Shown: one piece after another, positions 62,319-64,000 of the stretch
Numbering within the stretch: position 1 is the stretch's first letter
How the letters are laid out: each line of letters opens with the position of its first letter
NCBI GenBank assembly: GCA_965222605.1
Contig: OZ244960.1
Location: forward strand, 5,760,001-5,824,000
Direction of reading: 5' to 3'
DNA: 64,000 nt
Origin: Candidatus Latescibacterota bacterium
GTDB lineage: Bacteria > Latescibacterota > UBA2968
The notes under the pieces: model-generated
Database searches by the model: none
Told to the model about the DNA's origin: nothing
Seen by the model: the letters and a program-made list of their open reading frames with translations, nothing else
Made by a program: the position numbers and the translations under genes

Positions 62319-62426
62319 TTACTCCATATTTCCACTGTCAACTGCATCGATAATTGTCCGCAAATTTCTCAGTGTTTCAGGATGTTTTTCGAGCAGCACG
62401 GTGACAAAATAATTCGTGACGTTCAT
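62319..62426 (-). pseudogene. 35-codon ORF, possibly the truncated toxin partner of DUF2283
   Basis: GGAG RBS, MNVTNYFVTVLLEKHPETLRNLRTIIDAVDSGNME-stop, ending 3 bp before the DUF2283 start. Confidence 0.4.
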
Positions 62427-62508
62427 GCTCCAGCCTTGTAGCAAATTTACGCAACTACGAGAGTTATGACAACTGTAGATGGGATGTTCGCAGATGTGAA
62501 CGGCACAT

Positions 62509-63153
62509 TTAGTCCAAAACGAGTGAGACGGCGAGCCAGCCGCCTACGGGTATGATGTTGGATATGAGTTTGGGGTGGTTGGCAACGCGGCGGTTGTAGT
62601 CCTGTATGCCTCGGCGACCATCGCCTTCGGATAGTGCGCGGTGTGCGTGCCCGTGTCCATTGGCATTGTCGGCGATGATGAGGCCGCCCGGGCGCGTGTT
62701 TTCAAGGGCAAAGTCGAGGTATTTGGGATAGCTTTCTTTGTCCGCGTCGATGAAGATGAGGTCAAAAGGTCCGTCCTGCGCCGCGTTTTTCATGAGTTCT
62801 GCGCCGTCGCCCAGGCGCACGTCTGTTCGGTCTGATAGCCCGGCTTTTTCGTAGTTTTGCTGCGTGACCTCGGCGTGTTTGGGCTCAATTTCCAGGGTGA
62901 TGAATTGCCCGTTTTCGGGCAGTGCGCGGGCGAGCCAGATACCCGAATAGCCAGCGAGCGCGCCAAATTCGAGAATTTTTTTTGCGCCGATTGTCCTGGC
63001 GAGCAAATACAGGGTCTGCCCGGCTTCGGGGCTGACGGAGATTCGCGGAATACCCTGTTCGGCAGCGTTGGGCATGATGCTTTTGAGCAAGTCGTCTTCG
63101 CGGGCAAATACTTCCCGTTTATATGTGTTGAGATCGGGATAGGTTTGTTGCAT
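62509..63153 (-). CDS. Caffeoyl-CoA-type O-methyltransferase
   Basis: ILEFGALAGYS, FDLIFIDADK..Y, GGLIIADN. Confidence 0.9.
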   Translation of the reverse strand: MQQTYPDLNTYKREVFAREDDLLKSIMPNAAEQGIPRISVSPEAGQTLYLLARTIGAKKILEFGALAGYSGIWLARALPENGQFITLEIEPKHAEVTQQNYEKAGLSDRTDVRLGDGAELMKNAAQDGPFDLIFIDADKESYPKYLDFALENTRPGGLIIADNANGHGHAHRALSEGDGRRGIQDYNRRVANHPKLISNIIPVGGWLAVSLVLD

Positions 63154-63180
63154 TGGATTATCCTTTCACTTTTCGCGCTT

Positions 63181-64000
63181 TTAGAATGTGATTCTTCTGC
63201 CTTCTTTAGCGGATTGATACGCGCCGAGGATCATTTCGACGGAGATGCGCCCCTCTTCTGGGGAGACGCGCTCATTGCTCAGACCGCGGATATAGTTGAT
63301 AAATGGACGGGGTATGGCGGCGATGCGCTCGCCCTGCCCTTTGGGTATGTCCATTTTGAATTCGGTCCAGCGATCTTCACCGAGGCGGATGTATTTGAGT
63401 GGTACGGCGTCTTCTGGTCGCGGTGCAGAGGTGGAAGGCGCGTCGCCGTAGTCCTGGATTATGGTTCCCTTGTCGCCGTAGATTTCAGTGGTGTTGACGC
63501 CTGCGACGGTGGTGGAGCCGTTGAACAATATGCCCATCATGCCAGTTTCAAAGCGGAATATTGAGACGCCGTTATCATCGGGCGCAGTATCTGTCACGAT
63601 GTTGTCGATTTCGGCCATTACTGAGACGGGGCGGCCAAAGATCCAGTAGAACCAGTCGACGGCATGGGTGGCGTCGTCGAAGTACATTCCGATATTGGCA
63701 ATGGGGTCGAGGTGCCATCTGGACGCGCCAGTGACAAAGTGGGGATTGAGCAGTACCGGGATGCAATGTCTTCGGCGAACAACCGCGATATTCCCCACTA
63801 TGCCTGTGTCAACGAGTTCTTTGATTTTGCGGTTGACCGGGTCCTGCCGCATCTGAAAGGCCATGCTAAATTTGACGCCCGATTTATTTACGGCCTCAAT
63901 GATACGATCGCAATCTTCAAGGGTGGTGGCCATGGGTTTTTGGAGCAGGATGTTTTTGCCCGCCTGAGCGGCCATCAGCGCGTATTCTGCGTGGCGATTG
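63181..64000 (-). CDS. Gfo/Idh/MocA oxidoreductase (5' end outside the window)
   Basis: AGKNILLQKPMA, D...H..D, EIYGDKG. The frame stays open to the window edge. Confidence 0.85.
   Translation of the reverse strand, partial: NRHAEYALMAAQAGKNILLQKPMATTLEDCDRIIEAVNKSGVKFSMAFQMRQDPVNRKIKELVDTGIVGNIAVVRRRHCIPVLLNPHFVTGASRWHLDPIANIGMYFDDATHAVDWFYWIFGRPVSVMAEIDNIVTDTAPDDNGVSIFRFETGMMGILFNGSTTVAGVNTTEIYGDKGTIIQDYGDAPSTSAPRPEDAVPLKYIRLGEDRWTEFKMDIPKGQGERIAAIPRPFINYIRGLSNERVSPEEGRISVEMILGAYQSAKEGRRITF

Overview
Bacterial chromosomal window, mostly on the - strand. The backbone carries carbohydrate and sulfate-ester catabolism genes (3 sulfatases, 2 heparinase II/III-type lyases, rhaA, an enolase-superfamily dehydratase, 2 PhyH dioxygenases), housekeeping and repair genes (ligA, XPB helicase and its partner, sbcCD, alr, a UbiA-family gene) and tandem internalin-like LRR lipoproteins. 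This mix resembles sponge-associated Latescibacterota/Poribacteria-like lineages (inference only). Three accessory blocks interrupt it. (1) A tnpA-less IS200/IS605 element whose TnpB has a rearranged RuvC (~3.66-5.17 kb). (2) An AT-richer defence block (~15.2-22.5 kb): orphan ParA plus a partner gene, then a promoter, a tRNA-Ser-bodied RNA with an Ile (GAU) anticodon followed by a long hairpin, a 29-codon nuclease remnant and a 1690-aa Avs-like STAND NTPase. (3) An integrase-free island (~29.6-40.25 kb): a type IIG-like MTase, IS982, a DUF6883 toxin-like gene and a DUF4926 domain fused in frame to a PLD-SNF2 helicase. This island is bracketed by two identical tRNA-Ala(GGC) genes and two diverged ligA 3' ends, joined through a 26-bp copy of the start of the neighbouring gene. 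No CRISPR array or rRNA was seen. All family calls come from motif recognition by eye, not database searches.
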